A stretch of 64,000 nucleotides of DNA from Chitinophagales bacterium (lineage in GTDB: Bacteria > Bacteroidota > Bacteroidia > Chitinophagales > UBA8649), in NCBI GenBank assembly GCA_020635975.1, contig JACJYT010000002.1:301540-365539 (forward strand), given 5' to 3'. Below the pieces are notes generated by a model, which was not told the origin of the DNA, searched no databases, and saw only the letters and a list, made by a program, of their open reading frames with translations. Positions 47,648 through 55,048 of the stretch are shown piece by piece. The position numbers and the translations under genes were made by a program. Numbering within the stretch: position 1 is the stretch's first letter; every line of letters begins with the position of its first letter.

Positions 47648-48652
47648 ATGAATTTTGAAAAAGAGAATATTCTAAATAGAATTAAGCAGGCTAAGTCGAT
47701 TGTAATTACCTCGCATGTGAGTCCAGATGGCGATGCCATTGGAAGCAGCTTGGCTATGTACCACTTTATTGCTAGTTGGAATTCTAAAGTTGAGGTTCTG
47801 GTTCCAAATGATTTTCCTAATTTTTTAAATTGGCTAGAAGGAAGCGAAAATATTAGACTTTATGATAAAAATGTAAACGAAGGAAAAGCTTTGTTGAGCA
47901 ATGCAGATATCCTCTTTTGTTTAGATTACAATGAAACGAGTAGAACTGCTTTTATGAAAGAAGCTATAGATAATAGTAAGGCCTTCAAAATTTTGATTGA
48001 CCATCATATTGGTAGTCCCTCTTGGCCCGATCTTAACTTATCTGTGGTTGGTGCTTCATCTACCTGTGAGTTGGTTTTTGATTTTATAAAGAGTTTGAAT
48101 CCAATTGAGCTAAGTTTGAATAAGAACTTGGCGGAATGTCTATATACTGGTTTATTGACTGATACTGGAAATTTTCAATTCTCTGCTACAACGACTAAGG
48201 TTCATCTTCAAGTCGCTGAGTTAATAGAGGCTGGAGTGATGCCCGATGTGGTTCATAATCACATCAATAATAGTTTTGATGTACAACGCTTGCAATTTTT
48301 TGGTTATTGTATAGCAGAAAAAATGAAAATCCTGAAGCAGTATAAATTGGCCTATATGTTTGTAAGTGTTGCTGAAATGCATCGCTATAACATTCAGACT
48401 GGAGGAACTGAAGGCTTAGTGAATGAGCCTATGAAAATTGCGGATATAGATATTTCTGTTTTGTTTAAAGAGGATAAGGATAAAATTAAAATTTCTTTTA
48501 GATCGAAAAGAGATATTGACGTCAGTAGTTTTGCCAATCGCTTTTATGAAGGCGGTGGTCATCGAAATGCAGCAGGAGGAGTTTCTCTATTAAGTATGGA
48601 AGAAACCGAAAAACAATTTATTGAGCGCTTAGGCTATTTTAACATAGTTTAA
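47648..48652 (+). CDS. DHH-family phosphoesterase (NrnA-like oligoribonuclease/pAp phosphatase)
   Basis: SHVSPDGDAIGS, LIDHHIG and GGGHRNAAG motifs (DHH plus DHHA1). Confidence 0.85.
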   Translation: MNFEKENILNRIKQAKSIVITSHVSPDGDAIGSSLAMYHFIASWNSKVEVLVPNDFPNFLNWLEGSENIRLYDKNVNEGKALLSNADILFCLDYNETSRTAFMKEAIDNSKAFKILIDHHIGSPSWPDLNLSVVGASSTCELVFDFIKSLNPIELSLNKNLAECLYTGLLTDTGNFQFSATTTKVHLQVAELIEAGVMPDVVHNHINNSFDVQRLQFFGYCIAEKMKILKQYKLAYMFVSVAEMHRYNIQTGGTEGLVNEPMKIADIDISVLFKEDKDKIKISFRSKRDIDVSSFANRFYEGGGHRNAAGGVSLLSMEETEKQFIERLGYFNIV

Positions 48653-48684
48653 ACTTGTTGGATTAAAATTGACTAAGCTTTACT

Positions 48685-48692
48685 TATCTTTG
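48685..48692 (+). promoter_or_regulatory. -7 promoter box TATCTTTG upstream of the FKBP gene
   Basis: TAnnTTTG match in the context TTATCTTTGCAC, 19 nt before ATG 48712. Confidence 0.5.
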
Positions 48693-48711
48693 CACTTCAA
48701 AAATAAAAAAA

Positions 48712-49404
48712 ATGAAAAAAATCGTATTAGGAGTGTTTACTCTTGCCTTTGCCTCAATGGCTTTATTTTCTTGCAATGATAAATGCACAGATCATTATTC
48801 AGGAACTGCCGAAAACTTAAGTGATAGCTTAGGTTATGCTCTTGGAGTTAACATAGGAGAAAACCTGAAAAAATCTGGCTTCGAAGAGATCAATGAGCAA
48901 GCAATGGCACAAGCAATTAAGGATATCTATGCGGGTACGGCAAGCATGAATTCTGCCGATGCGGAAAGTTTTATAAACAACTATATGATGCAATTGTCTG
49001 AAAAGAAGGCTGCTGAAGCAGCAGGAGAAGGCTTAGCCTTTTTGGAAGAAAATGGTAAAAGAGATGGTGTTATAACTACAGCAAGTGGTTTGCAATACGA
49101 AGTTTTAACTGAAGGATCTGGAGCATCACCGAGTGCAACAGATGTAGTAACAGTACATTATCATGGCACCTTAATTGATGGAACGATATTTGACAGTTCT
49201 GTTGATAGAGGCGAGCCAGCTAGTTTCCCTTTAAATGGGGTAATTGCAGGTTGGACAGAAGGTCTTCAGCTAATGAAAGAAGGTGGAAAAACTAGATTTT
49301 ATATTCCTTCAAATTTAGCTTACGGCGAAAGAGGTGCTGGACAAACCATCGGACCTGGAGCAACTTTAATTTTCGACGTAGAGCTTTTGAAGGTTGGAGA
49401 ATAA
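48712..49404 (+). CDS. FKBP-type peptidyl-prolyl isomerase lipoprotein (Mip/FklB-like)
   Basis: Lipobox (ALFSC), an N-terminal helical dimerisation-like region, and an FKBP domain VTVHYHGTLIDGTIFDSS...[26 protein letters not shown]. Confidence 0.9.
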   Translation: MKKIVLGVFTLAFASMALFSCNDKCTDHYSGTAENLSDSLGYALGVNIGENLKKSGFEEINEQAMAQAIKDIYAGTASMNSADAESFINNYMMQLSEKKAAEAAGEGLAFLEENGKRDGVITTASGLQYEVLTEGSGASPSATDVVTVHYHGTLIDGTIFDSSVDRGEPASFPLNGVIAGWTEGLQLMKEGGKTRFYIPSNLAYGERGAGQTIGPGATLIFDVELLKVGE

Positions 49405-49430
49405 ATTTCTTTACCGCTTAAAAGTATAGT

Positions 49431-50465
49431 ATGAAAAAATTGAATTTATTATTGACGGTACTAGCTCTGATCTTCATCGGAAGTAGCCAAGCAGCGCCGG
49501 GTAAAACAGAATCAAAAATGTTTGCAGAATTAACTACAGAAAGAGGAGTAATTAAAATCGAATTGTTTTATAAACAAGTGCCTATGACGGTTGCCAATTT
49601 TGTGGCTTTGGCAGAAGGACAAATGGAAAACAAAGCCAAAGCACTTGGAGTGCCTTTTTATGATGGCTTGAAATTTCATAGGGTAATTAGTAAGGCGCAA
49701 GGAAGCGGACAAGATTTCATGATACAAGGAGGAGATCCACAAGGAAATGGTATGGGTGGCCCAGGTTATCAATTTCCAGATGAATTTGTAGATTCCTTAA
49801 AACATGATGTTCCGGGCATTTTATCTATGGCAAATTCTGGTCCAGCTACGAATGGAAGTCAGTTCTTCATTACCCATGTTCCAACTCCATGGTTAGATGG
49901 TAAACACACGGTTTTTGGTAAAGTTGTTGAAGGGATGGATATTGTTTATGCTGTTCTTCAAGGAGAAACTATTCTAAGTCTTAAAATTATAAGAGAAGGA
50001 AATGAAGCCAAGAAGTTTGACGCTCCAAAAGTATTTGTTGAAGCGCAAGAAGCTTTGAAGAAAGCTGAAGCAGACAAAATTAAAAATGAAGCGGCGGCTT
50101 TCGAAAATTTCATTAAAGACCACTACCCAGAGGCGGTTAAAACTGCTAGTGGATTATATTATTTGCATACAGTAGAAGGTACAGGGAAACAAGCAACAGC
50201 AAGTAGTTCGGTTACTGTACACTATGAAGGAACTTTGATGAATGGAAAAGTTTTCGATAGCTCAGTTGCTAGAGGAGAGCCTATTACTTTTGGTTTGAAT
50301 CAAGTAATAAAGGGTTGGACAGAAGGTTTACAGTTAATGAAAGAGGGCGGTAAAACCACCTTAATTATTCCTTACAATTTAGCTTATGGAGAAAGTGGAA
50401 GACCACCTGTTATTCCTGCTAAAGCGAATTTAATATTTGATGTTGAACTAATTAAAGTACAATAG
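49431..50465 (+). CDS. dual-family peptidyl-prolyl isomerase: N-terminal cyclophilin domain fused to C-terminal FKBP domain
   Basis: Signal peptide. The cyclophilin domain has [41 protein letters not shown] and [16 protein letters not shown]. The FKBP domain has [18 protein letters not shown]...[26 protein letters not shown]. Confidence 0.9.
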   Translation: MKKLNLLLTVLALIFIGSSQAAPGKTESKMFAELTTERGVIKIELFYKQVPMTVANFVALAEGQMENKAKALGVPFYDGLKFHRVISKAQGSGQDFMIQGGDPQGNGMGGPGYQFPDEFVDSLKHDVPGILSMANSGPATNGSQFFITHVPTPWLDGKHTVFGKVVEGMDIVYAVLQGETILSLKIIREGNEAKKFDAPKVFVEAQEALKKAEADKIKNEAAAFENFIKDHYPEAVKTASGLYYLHTVEGTGKQATASSSVTVHYEGTLMNGKVFDSSVARGEPITFGLNQVIKGWTEGLQLMKEGGKTTLIIPYNLAYGESGRPPVIPAKANLIFDVELIKVQ

Positions 50466-50487
50466 TTTTTTTTAGAATTTGATTCTG

Positions 50488-50525
50488 CAAGAGGCTAGTC
50501 TATTTAGACTAGCCTCTTGTTTTTT
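50488..50525 (+). terminator. intrinsic terminator after the PPIase pair
   Basis: CAAGAGGCTAGTCT attt AGACTAGCCTCTTG, a 14-bp stem (50488..50519), followed by T6. Confidence 0.85.
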
Positions 50526-50565
50526 AATAAGAATATTATTTGCTAATTTTAGCAAAAAGAATTTG

Positions 50566-51831
50566 ATGGAAGCCTTCGCCCAAGCTCTCAATTATGGAAT
50601 TCCTTTATTCATAATCCTTATTGGATTAGAAATGCTTTACGGCTTCTATCAGAAAAAAATCACCTTTAATTTATTAGATACGGTATCCAGCCTAAGTAGC
50701 GGAATTACCAATGTAACTAAAGATGTATTGGGTTTAATTATAGCCGTAATTTCTTATGCTTGGTTAGAAGAAAATTTTGCTTTTTTTGATTTAGAAGTTA
50801 GTTGGTGGATGTTTCCAGTTGTGTTTGTAGCAAAGGATTTTGCGGGTTATTGGATACATCGTTTTGAGCATATGGTAAACTATTTCTGGAATCGACATAT
50901 GGTGCATCATAGTAGTGAGGAATATAATTTGGCTTGTGCATTGCGCCAATCCATTTCTGAAATTTTTAGCTTTAGTATTTTTATTCTTTTTCCTTTAGCC
51001 CTATTAGGCGTTCCTGTTGAGGTTTTTGCCATTGTTGCTCCTATACATCTATTCGCTCAGTTTTGGTATCATACCCGACTAATAAACAAAATGGGCCTGT
51101 TAGAAAAGGTTATTGTAACGCCATCTCATCATCGGGTTCATCACGCTATTAACCCAGAATACATCGACAAGAATTTTTCGCAGATTTTCATCATTTGGGA
51201 TAAACTTTTTGGTACTTTTCAAGAGGAGTTAGCGGAAAAACCTCCAGTATATGGCATTAAAAAACCGGTACACACTTGGAATCCTATTTTGATAAATTTT
51301 CAGCACGCAGGAAGAGTTTGGCTAGATTTTTTTAGAACCAAATCGTGGAAAGATAAGGCAAGAATTTGGTTTATGCCAACCGGTTGGCGACCAGAGGATG
51401 TTGCTGAAAAATATCCTATTGAGATTATTGAAAATCCTTATGAGCAAGTTAAATACATGCCATTAGTTCCGAATTGGGTAAAAGCTTGGAGTGCTATTCA
51501 ACTTACGGTTGTTTTATCTTTGGCTTTATTTTTATTTAATAATTTAAGCTTATTTGGTTCTGTTATTTCTCTTCTTTTTGGAGCGTTTATCTACTTAGCG
51601 GTTTATAGTTATACTACCATAATGGACAATAAAGCCTATGGAGCCTACTTGGAAATAGCCAAGTCGCTTATTGCCTTGTACGCCATTTATCAGCTGTACC
51701 TACTTTATATCCCATCGAGTTTTGAAAGCATTTATTTTTCATTCTTGATAGTCTACAATCTTATTTGTATTGTACTAGCTGTATTTTTCTTTAATCAAAG
51801 TAAAGACGAAGCCCAGATTTCAGCGATTTAG
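50566..51831 (+). CDS. fatty acid hydroxylase/sterol desaturase superfamily membrane protein with extra C-terminal membrane domain
   Basis: His boxes HRFEH, HMVHH and HHRVHH. The C-terminal ~130 aa has additional hydrophobic helices. Start set to ATG 50566 (MEAFAQ...) because the track start at 50479 lies inside the upstream terminator. Confidence 0.75.
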   Translation: MEAFAQALNYGIPLFIILIGLEMLYGFYQKKITFNLLDTVSSLSSGITNVTKDVLGLIIAVISYAWLEENFAFFDLEVSWWMFPVVFVAKDFAGYWIHRFEHMVNYFWNRHMVHHSSEEYNLACALRQSISEIFSFSIFILFPLALLGVPVEVFAIVAPIHLFAQFWYHTRLINKMGLLEKVIVTPSHHRVHHAINPEYIDKNFSQIFIIWDKLFGTFQEELAEKPPVYGIKKPVHTWNPILINFQHAGRVWLDFFRTKSWKDKARIWFMPTGWRPEDVAEKYPIEIIENPYEQVKYMPLVPNWVKAWSAIQLTVVLSLALFLFNNLSLFGSVISLLFGAFIYLAVYSYTTIMDNKAYGAYLEIAKSLIALYAIYQLYLLYIPSSFESIYFSFLIVYNLICIVLAVFFFNQSKDEAQISAI

Positions 51832-51893
51832 ATATAGCCAAGCTAGGGGTATATTGAAGCTAACATTTTATTGAAACTTTGAGCATGAAGCAA

Positions 51894-52373
51894 CTAAAGT
51901 TTCTTTAACATCCAGATATTGCAGGCAGGGTGAACAGAGTTCCCCAGTGGAGCATCTAAAGTTTCAAATTCGAATTTCTTGTAGATATGTATGGCTCGGT
52001 CGAATTGAGGCAAGCTCTCGATATACACTTCTCTATAATTGTATTCTTCTGCTAGAACTAGGCATTTTGCAAATATTTCTTTTCCTAAGCCCTTTGATCG
52101 CGCCTCTGGAGCAAGATAAAACTTGACCAATTCTACACATGATTTTGGAAGCCCGATGCTAGGATAAATTCCACAGCATCCCGCAATTTTACCATCGAGT
52201 TCCAACACCAATAGTTTGCTCTTTGGTGTTTGAAACAAGTCAAACAAATTATCGGTGCTAGGGTCTGAATAAACAGTACCTTTTGTTGGGGCATTAAACT
52301 CGTGAAAACTTGCTCGAATTATTCTAGCTAATTCTTTATTGTCGGATTGAACTAGCTCTCTAATAATTCTCAT
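51894..52373 (-). CDS. GNAT family N-acetyltransferase
   Basis: Acetyl-CoA pocket motif EARSKGLGKEI. Size and secondary-structure pattern fit GNAT. Confidence 0.8.
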   Translation of the reverse strand: MRIIRELVQSDNKELARIIRASFHEFNAPTKGTVYSDPSTDNLFDLFQTPKSKLLVLELDGKIAGCCGIYPSIGLPKSCVELVKFYLAPEARSKGLGKEIFAKCLVLAEEYNYREVYIESLPQFDRAIHIYKKFEFETLDAPLGNSVHPACNIWMLKKL

Positions 52374-52381
52374 GGAAGTTT

Positions 52382-53677
52382 TTAGTTAGTCTTAACAAGA
52401 AAATAATTTTTCTTTCCTCTTTGCACTAAGATATAGCCATTTTGAAGTAAATCTGAATTATTTACTTCTCTACCTTCTCCTACTTTCTCCTTATTTATAC
52501 TAAGAGAATTTTCTTTTAAGGCACGTTTGGCCTCCGCGTTGCTTGGTAAAATTCCAGTATGTTCTACAAGAAAATTGGTGATATCTACTCCTTTTTCTAA
52601 GATAGATTTTTCAATTTCAAAGCAAGGCACTCCTTCAAAAACTTCTTCCATTGTGGCCATGCTAAGTTTATTTAAAGAACTTATGTCGGATTTTCCAAAA
52701 AGTATTTCGGAGGCTTCCAAAGCTGTAGTTAATGCCTCTTGATTATGTACCAAGAGCGTTAAAGCTTCTGCTAAAGCTTTTTGCAGTTTTCTTTCGTGCG
52801 GAGCCTCTCTATGCGCAGCTATTAAACTTTCAATTTCTTCTTTAGTTTTGAAGGTGAAGATTTTGATATAAGATTCAGCATCCACGTCAGAGGTGTTTAA
52901 CCAAAATTGGTAGAATTTGTATGGCGATGTTTTATCGGCATCTAGCCACACATTGCCCCCTTCACTTTTACCAAACTTCGAACCATCTGCTTTGGTGATT
53001 AATGGACAGGTTAAGGCATAAGCCTTTGCCCCTTCATCGTTCATTCTTCTTACTAACTCGGTTCCTGTGGTAATATTTCCCCATTGATCGCTACCGCCCA
53101 TCTGAAGTTTGCAGTTATAATGTTTATGTAGATGGTAGAAATCATAACCTTGAATAAGCTGATAAGTAAACTCGGTAAACGACATGCCCCCTCCTTCTTC
53201 TCCAAGACGTTTCTTCACAGAATCCTTAGCCATCATATAGTTTACAGTAATTCTTTTTCCAACCTCTCTGGCAAAGTCAATAAAGCTGAAATTCTTCATC
53301 CAATCGTAGTTGTTTACTAAAACTGGAGCATTTTCGCTAGTATCATTAAAATCTAAAAAGCGCGATAGAACTTTTTTAATTCCTGCTACATTATGATTTA
53401 AAGTTGCTTCATCAAGAAGGTTTCTTTCATCAGATTTACCACTTGGGTCACCAATCATTCCTGTTGCTCCACCCACCAAGGCAATGGGCTTGTGACCAAA
53501 ATTCTTTAAATGCATTAGAAGAATTATAGGCACTAAGCTACCAATGTGTAAACTATCTGAGGTTGGGTCAAAGCCAATATAGGTAACCGTAGATTCTTTT
53601 AAAAGTTGTTCTTCGGTTCCTGGCATCATATCGTGAATGAGACCTCTCCAACGCAATTCCTCTACCAAATTCTTCAT
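52382..53677 (-). CDS. tyrS: tyrosine--tRNA ligase
   Basis: HIGH-type motif (LHIGSLVP), KMSKS-type motif (KFGKS), and a C-terminal S4-like domain. Confidence 0.95.
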   Translation of the reverse strand: MKNLVEELRWRGLIHDMMPGTEEQLLKESTVTYIGFDPTSDSLHIGSLVPIILLMHLKNFGHKPIALVGGATGMIGDPSGKSDERNLLDEATLNHNVAGIKKVLSRFLDFNDTSENAPVLVNNYDWMKNFSFIDFAREVGKRITVNYMMAKDSVKKRLGEEGGGMSFTEFTYQLIQGYDFYHLHKHYNCKLQMGGSDQWGNITTGTELVRRMNDEGAKAYALTCPLITKADGSKFGKSEGGNVWLDADKTSPYKFYQFWLNTSDVDAESYIKIFTFKTKEEIESLIAAHREAPHERKLQKALAEALTLLVHNQEALTTALEASEILFGKSDISSLNKLSMATMEEVFEGVPCFEIEKSILEKGVDITNFLVEHTGILPSNAEAKRALKENSLSINKEKVGEGREVNNSDLLQNGYILVQRGKKNYFLVKTN

Positions 53678-53696
53678 CTGTCTTTTTTAAGTGCAG

Positions 53697-53704
53697 CAAA
53701 TTTA
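53697..53704 (-). promoter_or_regulatory. -7 promoter box TAAATTTG upstream of tyrS
   Basis: The reverse complement of CAAATTTA matches TAnnTTTG, 19 nt before the tyrS ATG (53677). Confidence 0.45.
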
Positions 53705-53776
53705 ACTAATTCACTTTTTATAATGAGTATAAGTTAGAGGAGAAATTCTTATATAGAGATGTCAGACTAGAATTAC

Positions 53777-53818
53777 AAGTACTAAGTACGGAGTATCGAG
53801 TACAAAGTATTGAGAACA
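53777..53818. repeat. tandem heptamer x6 (RAGTAYN)
   Basis: AAGTACT AAGTACG GAGTATC GAGTACA AAGTATT GAGAACA. The AGTA cores start at 53778, 53785, 53792, 53799 and 53806, and the last unit (53813) is degenerate, AGAA. The period is exactly 7 bp. Confidence 0.8.
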
Positions 53819-53925
53819 AATCCTTTTCAAATCCACCTCAAACAAAGGCACGAATGCGTAAATTGATAATTTTGAGTTTTGAATGATTAAATTTTGAATG
53901 ATAGAATGCTATAGTTTTCGATAAT

Positions 53926-53966
53926 TGAATACATTTCGAATTTCAAACTTCATTATTCGAATTTCT
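53926..53966. repeat. 41-bp direct repeat, copy 1 (contains TTCGAAT-N13-ATTCGAA)
   Basis: TGAATACATTTCGAATTTCAAACTTCATTATTCGAATTTCT is identical to 54099..54139. Confidence 0.9.
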
Positions 53967-54098
53967 CTCTTTTGATTAGAGAAATAGAAAATTGGAAAAA
54001 TAGTGAATTAGGGGGTTGAATGCTTAGTAGAATAGTTAACTAGAAACCACTTTGAAGTCGACTAGTCTGTAAGTCGAGAAGTTGTGGTTCTGAAAGAC

Positions 54099-54139
54099 TG
54101 AATACATTTCGAATTTCAAACTTCATTATTCGAATTTCT
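54099..54139. repeat. 41-bp direct repeat, copy 2
   Basis: Identical 41-mer, 173 bp downstream of copy 1 and just 3' of the pcm stop codon. Confidence 0.9.
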
Positions 54140-54175
54140 TAAATCTCACATCTATTATTCTAACCGTTTGAGAAA

Positions 54176-54835
54176 TCATTCCGCTTGCCCTTTTAACATC
54201 GGTACAAAGGCAAATTTTTCAAACTCTTCTCGTTTAAACTCTTTGCTTCCTATTTTTGTTAGGCGAAGCATGTCTTGTGCACCTTGCTTATCGTCTAAAG
54301 GAATTACTAAAATTCCCCCAATTTTAAGTTGATCGAGAAGTTTAGTTGGAATTTCTGGCGCTGCCGCGGTAATAATAATTTTATCAAAAGGGGCAAAAGC
54401 CGGCTTTCCTAAATAGCCATCACCATAATAGAATTTAATATTCGTATAGCCAAGTGATTTTAAGAAGGGAGTGGTTTTATCGTATAATTCTTTTTGTCGT
54501 TCTATGGTGTAAAGATCTGCTCCTAGCTCTGCCAATACGGCTGCTTGATAACCACTTCCTGTTCCAATTTCTAGTATTTTATCTCCTGGCTTTACCTCTA
54601 AAAGTTGACTTTGAAAGGATACGGTATAAGGATGCGATATGGTTTGTCCGGCGCCAATAGGGAAGGCTTTATCCTCATAAGCATGGCTATGCAAAGCACT
54701 ATCCGGAATGAATTTATGTCTTTCAATTTTGTTTATAGCTGCTAGAACTCTTGGGTCTCTGATGCCCTTTTCTTGCATTAAATCAGCTAATTCTTTTCGC
54801 TTTCTGGCATACTTAAAATCTATCATGGGGTGCAA
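54176..54835 (-). CDS. pcm: protein-L-isoaspartate O-methyltransferase
   Basis: GQTISHPYTV and the SAM-binding ILEIGTGSGYQAAVLAELG motif. Confidence 0.93.
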   Translation of the reverse strand: MHPMIDFKYARKRKELADLMQEKGIRDPRVLAAINKIERHKFIPDSALHSHAYEDKAFPIGAGQTISHPYTVSFQSQLLEVKPGDKILEIGTGSGYQAAVLAELGADLYTIERQKELYDKTTPFLKSLGYTNIKFYYGDGYLGKPAFAPFDKIIITAAAPEIPTKLLDQLKIGGILVIPLDDKQGAQDMLRLTKIGSKEFKREEFEKFAFVPMLKGQAE

Positions 54836-54908
54836 AAATAAACTTTTTTAAATTCAAGACTAGAGAATTCCGCCAGAGGGAAAGTTTGGTTGATAAAAAA
54901 AAATAACA

Positions 54909-54916
54909 TATTTTTG
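54909..54916 (+). promoter_or_regulatory. candidate -7 box TATTTTTG upstream of the giant adhesin gene
   Basis: TAnnTTTG match 132 nt before ATG 55049, which implies a long leader. Weak call. Confidence 0.3.
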
Positions 54917-55048
54917 CGCAAAATTGAACAAGAGTGCTACCAACCAAACCAAAACACCTTGTATTTACATTTTTTCATTTACCTGCTTCTGAGCTTTCTT
55001 TCCTCAAAGAGCAGGATTTCTATACCTTTTATATTTATAATCAATTAT

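Noticed and set aside
50479-50565. N-terminal extension of the desaturase-family ORF in the track (start at 50479).
   Set aside because: The extension reads straight through the 14-bp-stem terminator at 50488..50525. The ATG at 50566 (MEAFAQALNYG...) is the sensible start.
53678-54175. A T-box or other leader riboswitch upstream of tyrS.
   Set aside because: No T-box consensus (AGGGTGGNACCGCG-like, read on the minus strand) or specifier-loop architecture is visible. The best promoter box lies only ~20 nt from the ATG, which leaves no leader. T-boxes are not expected in Bacteroidota.
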